Below are positions 14,431 through 24,578 of a stretch of 64,000 nucleotides of DNA, one piece after another. Origin of the DNA: Acidobacteriota bacterium. Lineage in GTDB: Bacteria; Acidobacteriota; UBA6911. A model generated the notes under the pieces. That model had not been told where the DNA came from and made no database searches. It was given only the letters and a program-made list of their open reading frames with translations. Numbering within the stretch: position 1 is the first letter of the stretch; the number at the start of each line of letters is the position of its first letter. The stretch is from positions 4,576,001-4,640,000 of the forward strand of contig OY761556.1 of assembly GCA_963664705.1 (NCBI GenBank), in the 5' to 3' direction. Both the position numbers and the translations under genes were made by a program.

Positions 14431-15959
14431 AAACCATCGCACTTTTCATCACCGTTGTCCTCTGCCTGCTCATTGCGGGTTGTGCCAGGATCGGTAAAGG
14501 CGAAACACTGCGCAACACCATTACCCTGAGCGAGCCTGATTCGCCATTCATCGCACTTAACATCTGGATCAAGGCCGGTTCGCAAAATGATCCGAAGGGG
14601 AAGGAGGGGCTGGCAGCCCTTACCGCGGCCTTATTGTCCGAAGGCTCCACGCAACAGGACAGCTATCCGCAGATCCTCTCGAAGCTGTACCCGATCGCCG
14701 CGGAATATGACGGCACCGTCGACAAGGAGATGACGTCCTTCAAAGGCAAAATCCACCGGGACAACCTGGAAACCTACTACACCCTTTTCAAGAACGCGAT
14801 TGTCTCTCCCGGTTTCAGCGAGGAGGATTTCAAGCGCATCAAGACCCAGACCCTGAATTATGTAAAACAGTCCAGGAGATTCTCGAACGACGAGGAACTC
14901 AGCAAAGAACTCCTGTACTGGCAGATCTTCAAAGGCACCGCGTACGAACATCCGGAAGAGGGTTATGTCAAATCGGTCGAGGCGATTACTCTGGATGACG
15001 TGAAGGCGTTCTATACAAAATACTATACGCGGGACAATACCATCGTCGGCATTGCGGGCGGTTATAAAGCCGATTTTGCGGCACGGGTGCGACGGGATTT
15101 TGATGCGCTCCGCGCCGGAAACGTCGAAACAGTCCCAAAGCCGTCGCCCGCTCCAGCCAACGGAATCAAGGTGCTGATCGTCGAAAAGAATGTGGCATCC
15201 ACTCCGGTATCCTTCGGGTTCCCGATAACATTGCATCGATCTGACCCCGATTTTTACGCCATGATGCTGGCAGACTCCTGGCTGGGAGAGCACCGGACAT
15301 CCGTCAGCCATCTGTACCAGGTGATCCGTGAAAAACGGGGAATGAATTATGGGGATTACAGCTATATCGAAGCCTATCCACGGGGATACGCCACCCAGGT
15401 ACCGCCCGTAAATGTCAGCCGACGGTCGCAGATATTTGAAGTGTGGCTGCGGCCAGTAGCCATGACGGCACCCGGAACACTTCACGACCGCGTGCTGTTT
15501 GCCTTTCGCGCTGCCTTGCGTGAAGTGGCCAGCCTCACGGAAAAGGGGCTGACCGCGGAGTCTTTCGAAACCCAGCGTGGGTATTTGAAAAATTATTATG
15601 TAAATTTCGGCAATACCGTCAGCCGACGACTCGCCTATCGGATGGACGACGCCTTCTACGGAATCCCGGACCCCGGATTCCTAGCATCCACACCCAAAGG
15701 GATGGATGCACTAACCCGCGACCAGGTGAATACCACTATTAAAAAGTACCTGCGGTCCAACGGCTTTTGGGCGGTCTTTATTACCAAGGATGCCGAGGCT
15801 TTCAAACAAAAGCTCCTCGCCGGCACGCCGACAAACATCAGCTACGCCGGCAAACAGCCCCAGGAGATTCTGGATGAAGACAAGATAATCGCCTCATGGC
15901 CGATCCCCATCAAAGCCGAAGATATCACTATAATGAACATCAACGATGTATTGGAATAG
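14427..15959 (+). CDS. M16 family peptidase, non-catalytic partner subunit (probable lipoprotein)
   Basis: GS..DP.GKEGLA without HxxEH; REKRGMNY; lipobox-like LIAGC; ATGA overlap with the upstream gene. Confidence 0.88.
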   Translation: MKTIALFITVVLCLLIAGCARIGKGETLRNTITLSEPDSPFIALNIWIKAGSQNDPKGKEGLAALTAALLSEGSTQQDSYPQILSKLYPIAAEYDGTVDKEMTSFKGKIHRDNLETYYTLFKNAIVSPGFSEEDFKRIKTQTLNYVKQSRRFSNDEELSKELLYWQIFKGTAYEHPEEGYVKSVEAITLDDVKAFYTKYYTRDNTIVGIAGGYKADFAARVRRDFDALRAGNVETVPKPSPAPANGIKVLIVEKNVASTPVSFGFPITLHRSDPDFYAMMLADSWLGEHRTSVSHLYQVIREKRGMNYGDYSYIEAYPRGYATQVPPVNVSRRSQIFEVWLRPVAMTAPGTLHDRVLFAFRAALREVASLTEKGLTAESFETQRGYLKNYYVNFGNTVSRRLAYRMDDAFYGIPDPGFLASTPKGMDALTRDQVNTTIKKYLRSNGFWAVFITKDAEAFKQKLLAGTPTNISYAGKQPQEILDEDKIIASWPIPIKAEDITIMNINDVLE

Positions 15960-15981
15960 CTCCGTTCGCTCCATTGCCCGG

Positions 15982-16022
15982 CGCGAAGGCTCATCCTGGA
16001 AATGTATGAGCCTTCGCGTCTT
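15982..16022 (+). terminator. Stem-loop after the M16 pair
   Basis: CGCGAAGGCTCAT-N11-ATGAGCCTTCGCG followed by TCTT. Confidence 0.55.
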
Positions 16023-16611
16023 CCGGCTTTCGATCCCGCTTCCGCTTGATTCTGAAACTGTCTTCCAAAACAATTAACTATAGTTATCTCCCAACCCTGA
16101 CGAAATCATAAGGTTGTCCCAGGGTTATTCGTTTTGATTTGCCGGCTGCTGAGATCCGGGATTCAAAACTTTTGGAAGGGGATATGGGGAAGCGGCCCGT
16201 TTTCGCAATCAGGGTGCTGGAGAGGATTATTCCACTATCTGGTATTAGTTATTCTTTTGTTTTTTTGGCTTGCATTAGTGAATCTTTAGGACGAAAATAC
16301 TATGCTCTTTTTGGAGCAGCGTCGTACCGATGCAAGGAAGTGGGGCCGGGTCGGTAGACTTCCTGACTTCCGCATGCAGGCTACGATGAGTACAAACAGA
16401 GGAGTTGCATCAGAATTCGCTATGGAATGCCGATCAATAGTAAATGCATCACGCCCGCTCCCAGAGACCATGCCTTCGTTCAGATCGGATGAGGGCTGGG
16501 TGAACCCTCCTGTAGACCCGCGGTCAACACAAGGAGTTCCACCATTTCCCATCCTCTCTGTTTAGTTTTGAGAGAAATGGGGCAAACGCTTTTTATGAGA
16601 GAGAACCGGAC

Positions 16612-18114
16612 ATGCCCAAAACAATAGATATCACTGAACTGATTCTCCGCGATGCGCACCAGAGCGTCATGGCGACGCGCATGTCAATTGATGACATGAT
16701 CCCCGCGTGTGCGGATCTGGACCAGGCAGGATTCTGGTCCCTTGAATGCTGGGGAGGCGCAACCTTCGACTCCTGCATTCGATATTTAAACGAAGATCCG
16801 TGGGAACGCCTGCGCACTTTCCGCAAGCTTTTACCCAACACCCGGCTGCAGATGCTGCTGCGCGGGCAGAACCTGCTGGGCTATCGCCACTACGAAGACA
16901 CGGTCGTGGATCGCTTCGTTGACAAGGCAGCTGCGAATGGAATTGACGTATTCAGGGTATTCGATGCCTTGAACGATCCTCGCAACCTTCAGCGCGCCAT
17001 CGCCGCGGTCAAGCGGACCGGGAAGCATGCACAGGGAGCCATTTCCTACACGGTCAGCCCTCTGCATACGATCAAAGGCTTCGTGGATCTGGCGGAAAGA
17101 CTGGTCGAGATGGGATGCGATTCCATCTGTATCAAGGATATGGCTGCCCTGCTGAAACCTCAGCCCGCCTACGACCTTGTCAAAGCCATCAAAGACACTT
17201 GCGGACAGAACGTGCGGGTACAGGTTCACGTGCATGCCACCACCGGCGTCACCATGGTCAGTCTGATGAAGGCGATCGAAGCGGGCGCGGACGGCGTGGA
17301 TACGGCCATCAGTTCGCTCAGCCTGGGCCCCGGCCACAACCCGACGGAAAGCCTGGTTGAAATGCTGGAAGGAACCGGTTACGAGGCAAAGATCGACAAG
17401 CAGGTGCTGTTGCGCATCAAGAAGTACTTCAACAAGATCCGCCCGCGCTATCAGGAATTCCTGTCAAACGTCACCGGCGTGGAGACAGAGATCTTCGATA
17501 GCCAGATCCCAGGCGGCATGCTTTCCAATATGGAAAGCCAACTGAAGCAGCAGAAGGCGGCGGAACACATGGAAGCCGTGCTGACAGAGGTCCCGAAGGT
17601 TCGCAAAGATTCAGGGTACCCGCCGCTGGTTACGCCATCCAGCCAGATCGTGGGAACGCAAGCTGTCTTTAACATTCTCATGGGGCACTACAAGGTGATG
17701 ACCGGTGAGTTCACCGATCTGATGCTGGGCTACTACGGAGAAACGATTGGCCCGCGTGATCCGGAGGTCATCGAGCTCGCAGCCAAGCAAGCCGGCAAAC
17801 AGGCGATCACCTGCCGACCGGCGGATCTTCTGAAACCGGAATGGCACGAGCTGCGCGAAGCGGCATTGGCGCTTCCGGGCTGCAACGGTTCCGACGAAGA
17901 CGTTCTCACCTACGCGATGTTCCCGCAGGTGGCACCAAAGTTCTTCTCGACTCGCGCCGAAGGTCCCAAGAACCTGGGTAAAGATCCCAATGCACCGGTG
18001 GCGGCACCAGCCGCACCCGTGCAGGAAAACGGCAAGGGCCCGGTTCGAACCACCATAACTTACGATGTGAAGCTCAAAGACAACACGCATCGCGTAACAG
18101 TAACGCCGGCCTAG
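16612..18114 (+). CDS. Methylmalonyl-CoA carboxytransferase (transcarboxylase) 5S subunit
   Basis: LRDAHQS, ECWGGATFD, IKDMA, HVHATTG, GHNPTES, PPLVTPSSQIVG; no biotinyl domain; 500 aa. Confidence 0.9.
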   Translation: MPKTIDITELILRDAHQSVMATRMSIDDMIPACADLDQAGFWSLECWGGATFDSCIRYLNEDPWERLRTFRKLLPNTRLQMLLRGQNLLGYRHYEDTVVDRFVDKAAANGIDVFRVFDALNDPRNLQRAIAAVKRTGKHAQGAISYTVSPLHTIKGFVDLAERLVEMGCDSICIKDMAALLKPQPAYDLVKAIKDTCGQNVRVQVHVHATTGVTMVSLMKAIEAGADGVDTAISSLSLGPGHNPTESLVEMLEGTGYEAKIDKQVLLRIKKYFNKIRPRYQEFLSNVTGVETEIFDSQIPGGMLSNMESQLKQQKAAEHMEAVLTEVPKVRKDSGYPPLVTPSSQIVGTQAVFNILMGHYKVMTGEFTDLMLGYYGETIGPRDPEVIELAAKQAGKQAITCRPADLLKPEWHELREAALALPGCNGSDEDVLTYAMFPQVAPKFFSTRAEGPKNLGKDPNAPVAAPAAPVQENGKGPVRTTITYDVKLKDNTHRVTVTPA

Positions 18115-18138
18115 GCCGCCAACGGGAGTCACGCAAAC

Positions 18139-19692
18139 ATGTCCAACGAAACAATGCAGAAGAAAGTTGAAGAATTGCGTAAACGGCGCGCTAAGGCCAT
18201 GCAGGGTGGCGGCGCCGACAAACTGGAGAAGCAGCGCAAGCAGGGGAAGTTGACTGCAAGAGAGCGCATTCAAACTCTTGTGGATCCGAACAGCTTCGAG
18301 GAAAGCGGTCTGTTCGCCGAGCATCGTGCCACGCTTTTCGGCATGGCCGGAAAAAGCTTTCCTGCGGACGGGGTCATCACCGGAGCTGCGTCTGTGGGCG
18401 GCCGTTTGATTCACCTGGCCAGCCAAGATTTCACGGTCTCCGGCGGTTCAGCCGGCGAAGTCCATTCCATCAAAGTAGCCGAAATCATGGAACAGTCGCT
18501 GAAAACCGGTTCGCCCTTTATCTTCATAAATGATTCCGGCGGCGCTCGTGTGCAGGAAGGGATTGATTCCCTTTCCGGATACGGCAAAGTTTTCTATACC
18601 AACGTGATGCTCTCCGGTGCGGTGCCGCAGATTTCGCTGATTTGCGGGCCGTGCGCGGGCGGGGCAGCCTATAGCCCGGCTCTGACAGACTTCATTATCC
18701 AGACCCGCCAGGCACAGATGTTCATCACCGGCCCCAGCGTTATCAAGAGCGTGACGGGCGAAAGTGTCACGCAGGAAGAGTTGGGCGGACCTGATGCCCA
18801 CATGACCAATTCCGGCGTAATTCATTTTATTGCCGAAGATGACAATCACGCCGTAATGCTCTGCCAGAAGCTCCTCAGCTTCCTGCCGCCGAACAATATG
18901 GAAGATCCGCCGCAGGTTGAAGGCGATCAGAACATCGACGCCAACTCCGAGCTGGATACCATCGTTCCGACAGATGGGAAAAAGGGTTATGACGTGCGCG
19001 AAGTCATTCAGCGCGTTGTAGACTTCGGCGATTTCCTTGAGGTGCAGGAAGGTTACGCCAAAAATATGGTAGTCGGCTTTGCCCGCATCGTCGGCCGGAC
19101 AATCGGCATTATCGCGAACCAACCTTGCGCGCAGGCAGGCGTACTTGACATTAACGCCTCCAACAAGGCTTCGCGTTTCATCCGCTTCTGCAACGCCTTT
19201 AATGTACCCCTGGTGACCTTTGTGGATGTTCCAGGCTTCCTGCCCGGAGTACAGCAGGAATACGGCGGGATCATCCGCCACGGCGCCAAGATGCTGTTCG
19301 CATACTCCGCCGCAACGGTGCCCAAGATCACCGTGATCCTGCGCAAGAGCTACGGCGGCGCGTATCTCGCCATGTGCGGCAAGGATTTGGGCGCGGACCG
19401 CGTGTATGCGTGGCCTACCGCCGAGGTCGCGGTCATGGGCGCTGAAGGTGCAGCCGAAATAGTTTTCCGCAAGGAGATCGACGAGGCAAAAGACAAGGCA
19501 GCGAAGCGAAAAGAGCTGATCGAAAAATACCGTGAAGCCTTCTCCAATCCGTACGTAGCAGCCGGACGCCGGCTTGTGGACTCTATCATCGAGCCCTCGA
19601 TGACACGGCAGCACATCGCGCAGGCAATGGAATATCTGCACACCAAACGCGAATTGCGGCCGGCCAAAAAACACGGATTAATTCCGCTATAG
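18139..19692 (+). CDS. Transcarboxylase 12S subunit / acyl-CoA carboxyltransferase
   Basis: DSGGARVQEG, GPCAGGAAYSPALTDF, DVPGFLPG, KKHGLIPL. Confidence 0.92.
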   Translation: MSNETMQKKVEELRKRRAKAMQGGGADKLEKQRKQGKLTARERIQTLVDPNSFEESGLFAEHRATLFGMAGKSFPADGVITGAASVGGRLIHLASQDFTVSGGSAGEVHSIKVAEIMEQSLKTGSPFIFINDSGGARVQEGIDSLSGYGKVFYTNVMLSGAVPQISLICGPCAGGAAYSPALTDFIIQTRQAQMFITGPSVIKSVTGESVTQEELGGPDAHMTNSGVIHFIAEDDNHAVMLCQKLLSFLPPNNMEDPPQVEGDQNIDANSELDTIVPTDGKKGYDVREVIQRVVDFGDFLEVQEGYAKNMVVGFARIVGRTIGIIANQPCAQAGVLDINASNKASRFIRFCNAFNVPLVTFVDVPGFLPGVQQEYGGIIRHGAKMLFAYSAATVPKITVILRKSYGGAYLAMCGKDLGADRVYAWPTAEVAVMGAEGAAEIVFRKEIDEAKDKAAKRKELIEKYREAFSNPYVAAGRRLVDSIIEPSMTRQHIAQAMEYLHTKRELRPAKKHGLIPL

Positions 19693-19704
19693 AGCCGAGG
19701 TGAA

Positions 19705-20055
19705 ATGATGGCAAAGACAACAATGAAGCAACTGGCGGAACTCCTGGAGCAGGTCCAGGCGCAGCTCACCGCGCTTTCCGAACGCGTACAGCAGTTGGAA
19801 TCGGCGGGAGTCGAAGTCCCTGCCGCTCCGGCTGCTCCGGTTGAACAGGCCGCAGCGCCCGTGGTTCAGGAAACGCCGCCGCCGGAACCGGCAAAGCCGG
19901 AAATCACAGAAGAAGAGCTGCTTGCCATATCGGCTGCGCTGGCTGCGTATCTCGGAGTGCGAGTTCACATCCGTCAGATACGCTTGCTCAGCTCGCGGGC
20001 ATGGTCACAACAGGGGCGTGTTTCGATTCAGGCGTCCCATAACGTACACATTTAG
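19705..20055 (+). CDS. Small transcarboxylase-associated protein
   Basis: Coiled-coil N-terminus, Ala/Pro linker, 'AISAALAAYLG...WSQQGR' C-terminus; GAGG RBS; lies between the 12S and 1.3S genes. Confidence 0.7.
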   Translation: MMAKTTMKQLAELLEQVQAQLTALSERVQQLESAGVEVPAAPAAPVEQAAAPVVQETPPPEPAKPEITEEELLAISAALAAYLGVRVHIRQIRLLSSRAWSQQGRVSIQASHNVHI

Positions 20056-20063
20056 GAGTCGCC

Positions 20064-20450
20064 GTGAAACTGAACGTTACGATTGATGGGAAAACATACG
20101 AAGTTGATGTTGAAGCTGTAGAACCGGATGCCCCCGCCCCGCTCATGCGGAATCTGGCCATGGGGCCGCCGCCGGTACGTGTTCCTGCCGCTCCGGCGCC
20201 AAAGGCGCCTGCCGCCGCAGACAAACCGGTCAATGAGGATAAGGTTTGCCGCAGCCCTGTATCCGGTATCGTGATACGCGTTGCGGCCCAGGTAGGTCAA
20301 AGCCTGCAGACCGGCGATGTACTACTGGTCCTGGAAGCGATGAAAATGGAGACGAATATTACGGCCCCCGGCCCCGGCAAGATCGCCGCAATCCCAGTAA
20401 AAGAGGGAGAGAGTGTTCAGTCCGGCCAGGTGGTAGTGGAGTTCGAATGA
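20064..20450 (+). CDS. Biotin carboxyl carrier (transcarboxylase 1.3S subunit)
   Basis: LEAMKM biotinylation motif; MKLNVTIDGKTYEVDVE N-terminus; AGGAG RBS with GTG start. Confidence 0.93.
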   Translation: MKLNVTIDGKTYEVDVEAVEPDAPAPLMRNLAMGPPPVRVPAAPAPKAPAAADKPVNEDKVCRSPVSGIVIRVAAQVGQSLQTGDVLLVLEAMKMETNITAPGPGKIAAIPVKEGESVQSGQVVVEFE

Positions 20451-20917
20451 TGACTTCTGAATTACAGCAAATACCCGGATTTCTTTTTTTTGATCATGTG
20501 GCATTTTCGGTAAAGCCCGGCGAACTGGAAGCCCAGGTTCAAGCCTATAAGACTATGGGCTTCAAAGAACTGCATCGCGAAGACGTGCTTGGCACAGACC
20601 AGGTTCGAGAGGTCCTGCTTCGCGTTGGCGACGGCCCCAACCTGGTCCAACTGATTGAGCCCTTGAATGCCGAATCTCCCGTGGCCAAGCAGATCGAGAA
20701 AAATGGCGGCAAGGGCGGGTTTGCTCATGTCGCCCTGCGCGTTGCCAATATTCAAGTGGCCTTCGATCACCTGAAACAGAACGGCTTCAAACTGATCGAC
20801 AAAGCTCCCCGCCCGGGATCCCGTGGAACGATGGTATTCTTCGTCCATCCCAAAACCACGGAAGCAGCCGCATTCGGTTACCTTCTGGAAGTTGTGCAGG
20901 AGGGCTCCCATGCCTGA
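20447..20917 (+). CDS. mce: Methylmalonyl-CoA epimerase (VOC family)
   Basis: DHVAF, QLIEPL..SPVAK.IEK, HVALRV, PRPGSRG..VFFVHPK; pathway context. Confidence 0.88.
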   Translation: MMTSELQQIPGFLFFDHVAFSVKPGELEAQVQAYKTMGFKELHREDVLGTDQVREVLLRVGDGPNLVQLIEPLNAESPVAKQIEKNGGKGGFAHVALRVANIQVAFDHLKQNGFKLIDKAPRPGSRGTMVFFVHPKTTEAAAFGYLLEVVQEGSHA

Positions 20918-22377
20918 TGCACCAAAACCGGAATCACTGAATGTCGCCCAGGAATTCCCCGCGGTTTCGACAGCCGAGTGGGAACAGGTCATTACCAAGG
21001 ACCTCAAGGGCGGCGATTACGACAAGAAGCTGGTATGGCGGACGGAAGAGGGTATTGCCGTCCGCCCCTACTACCGCAAGGAAAATCTCGCGGGCCTGGA
21101 AGACCAGCTCGAGATGCGCTGCACAAAATCCGATTGGGAATTCGGCCAGGATGCTCAGCCAAAGGCCGACGCCATCCGTGCCGACTTTTTCTATGAAGCG
21201 GGAGCTCACTCCGTGCAGCAGCTCGGATATGCCGTTGCCGCGGGTGTTGAGCGCCTCGCGGACCTAGCCGCAGCCAGCCGGTGCCGTTGCCGCGGGTGTT
21301 GAGCGCCTCGCGGACCTAGCCGCAGCCAAGCCGGTCGAAGCCGCGGCCCGCGAAATCGAATTCGTTTTCGCGGTCGGTTCAAGCTATTTCATGGAAATCG
21401 CCAAACTCCGCGCCGCCCGTCTGCTCTGGGCGCAAGCCGTATCCGCATTCGGATCCAAGGACACGGATGCCTGCACAATGCAGATGCTCGTCCGTACGGC
21501 ACGACGGAACAAAAGCGTCTATGACCGGTACACCAACCTGCTGCGCGTGACCACGGAAGCGCTCTCCGCAGTAATCGGAGGGTGCAGCCGGTTGACCATC
21601 GAGCCATTCGGTTTTGACGATCATATCGCGTTGAACATCCAGCGGATTCTGAAGGAAGAATCCCATATGGATGCAGTCGCTGACCCTGCAGGCGGTTCCT
21701 ATTATATCGAGGCTCTTACCGATTCCCTCGCCCGTGCGGCCTGGAAGCTGTTCCAGGAAACAGAGGCTGCCGGCGGCTACACCAAGGTGCTGAAATCGGG
21801 TGCCATCGACAAAGCTCTTGCCGAGACGCGCGGTTCGCGTGAAAAGGTGCTGAGCGGTCGCCGTCGATCCATGGTTGGAGTAAACAACTTTCCGAATCTG
21901 ATGGAAAAGACTCCAGGGATGGAGGCACCGGCCTCCATGAACAGTCCGCTTCCCCAGTACCGGATTGCGGAGCCATTTGAAAACATCCGGCAGCAGACAG
22001 AGGCATATGCCCGTACTAAGGGCCGCTATCCGAAAGTTCTCCTGCTCAAGCGCGGCGATGTCAAGATGAAGGGAGCCCGCGCGACCTTCTGCTTGAATTT
22101 CTTTGGTTGTGCGGGGTTTGAAATGGCCGAATCCGAAGACTACACGGGGACAGATGCCAACTTGATCATTCTGTGCAGCTCCGATCCCGAGTATCTTCCA
22201 TTCGCGCTGGAAGTCTGTTCCAAGGTAAAGGTTCCGGTCCTGGTGGCCGGCAACCCGAAGGAACAGATTGCGGAATTGAAGGCAGCAGGCGTGCAAGGTT
22301 TCGTCCACGTGTTAAGCGACATGGTTGAAACCCTGACTGAATGGCAGAACAAACTTGGAATGAGGAGCGGGCAATGA
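20910..22377 (+). pseudogene. mutA: Methylmalonyl-CoA mutase small subunit, frameshifted by a 52-nt tandem duplication (possible assembly artefact)
   Basis: N-part EFPAVSTAEWE..I.KDLKG..YDKKLVWRTEEGI; C-part EIAKLRAARLLW, NLLRVTTE, DPAGGSYYIE. Removing 52 nt gives 1416 nt, one 471-aa ORF. Confidence 0.85.
21231..21335 (+). repeat. Direct tandem duplication, period 52 nt
   Basis: GCCGTTGCCGCGGGTGTTGAGCGCCTCGCGGACCTAGCCGCAGCCA(A)GCCGGT at 21231 and 21283; the first copy lacks one A. Confidence 0.95.
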
Positions 22378-24503
22378 AACCGGACTTTACAAAAATCGAC
22401 TATAAGATTCGCCCGCAAACTGCAGCCGTAGCTTCGGAAAACAGGCAACCCTGGATGACGGCAGAGCGGATTCCCGTGAAGCCGATCTACACAGCCGAAG
22501 ACCTCGCCGGCATGGAACACCTGGAGTATGCAGCCGGGATCCCGCCATTCCTGCGCGGCCCGTACTCGACTATGTATTCCATGCAGCCCTGGACAATCCG
22601 TCAGTACGCGGGCTTTTCAACTGCAGAAGAATCCAATGCTTTCTACCGGCGCAATCTCGCCGCCGGTCAGAAAGGCCTCTCGGTGGCATTTGACCTGGCC
22701 ACGCATCGTGGCTATGACTCGGATAATGAGCGCGTGATCGGGGATGTCGGCAAAGCCGGCGTCGCCATCGACTCAATCGAAGATATGAAAATCCTCTTCG
22801 ATCAGATTCCGCTCGGTCAGATGTCGGTTTCGATGACCATGAATGGCGCAGTTCTTCCCGTGATGGCGTTCTATATCGTCGCCGCGGAAGAACAGGGAGT
22901 CAGCACACAGCAGCTGAACGGCACTATTCAGAACGACATTCTGAAAGAGTTCATGGTACGGAACACATACATCTATCCGCCGCTGCCATCGATGAAGATC
23001 ATCGGAGATATTTTCCAATATTGCTCGGCGAATATGCCGAAGTTCAATTGCATATCGATCAGCGGATACCACATCCAGGAAGCCGGCGCGACCGCAGATA
23101 TTGAGCTCGGCTATACGCTGGCGGATGGATTGGAATATATCCGAACGGGAATCAACGCAGGGTTGGATATCGACAGCTTCGCGCCCCGTTTGAGCTTCTT
23201 CTGGGGCATCGGCATGAATCACTTCATGGAGATTGCCAAGATGCGCGCGGCACGCGTCCTCTGGGCAAAACTCATCAAGGGATTCAATCCGAAGAATTCC
23301 AAATCCATGGCGCTGCGCACACACTCCCAAACGTCGGGCTGGAGCCTGGCGGCACAGGATGTGTTTAATAACGTAACCCGGACCTGCGTTGAAGCGCTCG
23401 CGGCAGCACTCGGCCACACGCAATCGCTGCATACCAATGCGCTGGACGAAGCCATTGCGCTGCCGACCGATTTCTCGGCCCGTATTGCCCGCAACACCCA
23501 GATTTACCTGCAGGAAGAAGCGGACATCACGAAAGTGGTCGATCCGTGGGCAGGCAGCTACTACGTGGAATTCCTCACCCGGGAACTGATGCATAAAGCC
23601 TGGCATCACATCCAGGAAATCGAGGCGCTCGGCGGAATGGCCAAAGCCATTGAGACCGGCATCCCCAAGATGCGGATCGAAGAGGCGGCAGCCCGCCGGC
23701 AGGCACTGATCGATTCCGGCAGGGAAACCATCGTGGGCGTGAACAAATACCGGCTGGAAAAAGAAGAGCAGCTTGACGTGTTGATCGTAGACAACCAGGC
23801 GGTCCGCGAATCCCAGCTGCGCCGCCTCGCACAGACAAAGGCTGCCCGCAACCAGTCGGCTGTTGAAGCGGCGCTGGCGGCTCTGACCAAATGCGCCGAA
23901 ACGGGAGAAGGCAACCTGCTGGAACTCTCGATTGACGCGGCAAGAAAACGGGCCACCCTTGGGGAGATTTCCTCCTCACTCGAAAAGGTGTACGGCCGGT
24001 ATCAGGCGGTCAACCGGACCATTTCCGGCGTGTACTCCTCTGAAAGCAAGGGCGATCCTGAATTCCAGAAGGCGCTCGCGATGGCCGATGAGTTTGCCAA
24101 GGCGGAAGGGCGCCGTCCTCGAATCCTGATTGCCAAAATGGGCCAGGACGGGCACGACCGCGGAGCCAAGGTCATCGCTACCGCATTCGCGGATCTCGGG
24201 TTTGACGTCGATGTAGGCCCGCTCTTCCAGACTCCTCGCGAGGCAGCCCGTATGGCCGTGGAAAATGATGTTCACGTACTCGGAGCTTCCAGCCTTGCCG
24301 GCGGACACGCCACGCTGGTGCCCGAAGTGATTTCCGAACTGAAGAAGCTTGGACGCGAAGACATTCTCGTCTTCGTCGGCGGAGTGATTCCTCCCCAGGC
24401 TTACGAAGACCTGTTCAAAGCAGGGGTAACGGATGTATTTGGGCCGGGTTCGGTAATCCCGAAATGCGCCCAGAAAATCCTGACCGCTCTGCTTCAGGCC
24501 TAG
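22374..24503 (+). CDS. scpA: Methylmalonyl-CoA mutase large subunit (AdoCbl-dependent)
   Basis: [18 protein letters not shown]12-binding GQDGHDRG...SSLAGGH...GGVIP. Confidence 0.97.
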   Translation: MKPDFTKIDYKIRPQTAAVASENRQPWMTAERIPVKPIYTAEDLAGMEHLEYAAGIPPFLRGPYSTMYSMQPWTIRQYAGFSTAEESNAFYRRNLAAGQKGLSVAFDLATHRGYDSDNERVIGDVGKAGVAIDSIEDMKILFDQIPLGQMSVSMTMNGAVLPVMAFYIVAAEEQGVSTQQLNGTIQNDILKEFMVRNTYIYPPLPSMKIIGDIFQYCSANMPKFNCISISGYHIQEAGATADIELGYTLADGLEYIRTGINAGLDIDSFAPRLSFFWGIGMNHFMEIAKMRAARVLWAKLIKGFNPKNSKSMALRTHSQTSGWSLAAQDVFNNVTRTCVEALAAALGHTQSLHTNALDEAIALPTDFSARIARNTQIYLQEEADITKVVDPWAGSYYVEFLTRELMHKAWHHIQEIEALGGMAKAIETGIPKMRIEEAAARRQALIDSGRETIVGVNKYRLEKEEQLDVLIVDNQAVRESQLRRLAQTKAARNQSAVEAALAALTKCAETGEGNLLELSIDAARKRATLGEISSSLEKVYGRYQAVNRTISGVYSSESKGDPEFQKALAMADEFAKAEGRRPRILIAKMGQDGHDRGAKVIATAFADLGFDVDVGPLFQTPREAARMAVENDVHVLGASSLAGGHATLVPEVISELKKLGREDILVFVGGVIPPQAYEDLFKAGVTDVFGPGSVIPKCAQKILTALLQA

Positions 24504-24513
24504 CCAACGACAT

Positions 24514-24560
24514 AATTCGCGGAATTCGCGGCAAAAAAACCGCCACGAATTCCGCGAATT
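24514..24560. repeat. REP-like palindrome (nonamer AATTCGCGG family), copy 1
   Basis: AATTCGCGGAATTCGCGGC-aaaaaaacc-GCCACGAATTCCGCGAATT (18/19 complementary). Confidence 0.8.
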
Positions 24561-24578
24561 GCACTAACATTCAAACCT

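Noticed and set aside
16300-16600. Cobalamin riboswitch before the mutase operon
   Set aside because: Only a loose B12-box-like word; the conserved GGGAA...GCCCCCGCAACTGT core was not found.
18448-19674. Long antisense ORFs (also 14631-15485, 32104-33192, 51441-52307, 57043-57813, 61918-62862)
   Set aside because: Shadow frames of well-supported genes on the opposite strand, with no recognisable motifs.
21231-21391. Programmed frameshift in mutA
   Set aside because: No slippery site; the shift is fully explained by the 52-nt duplication.
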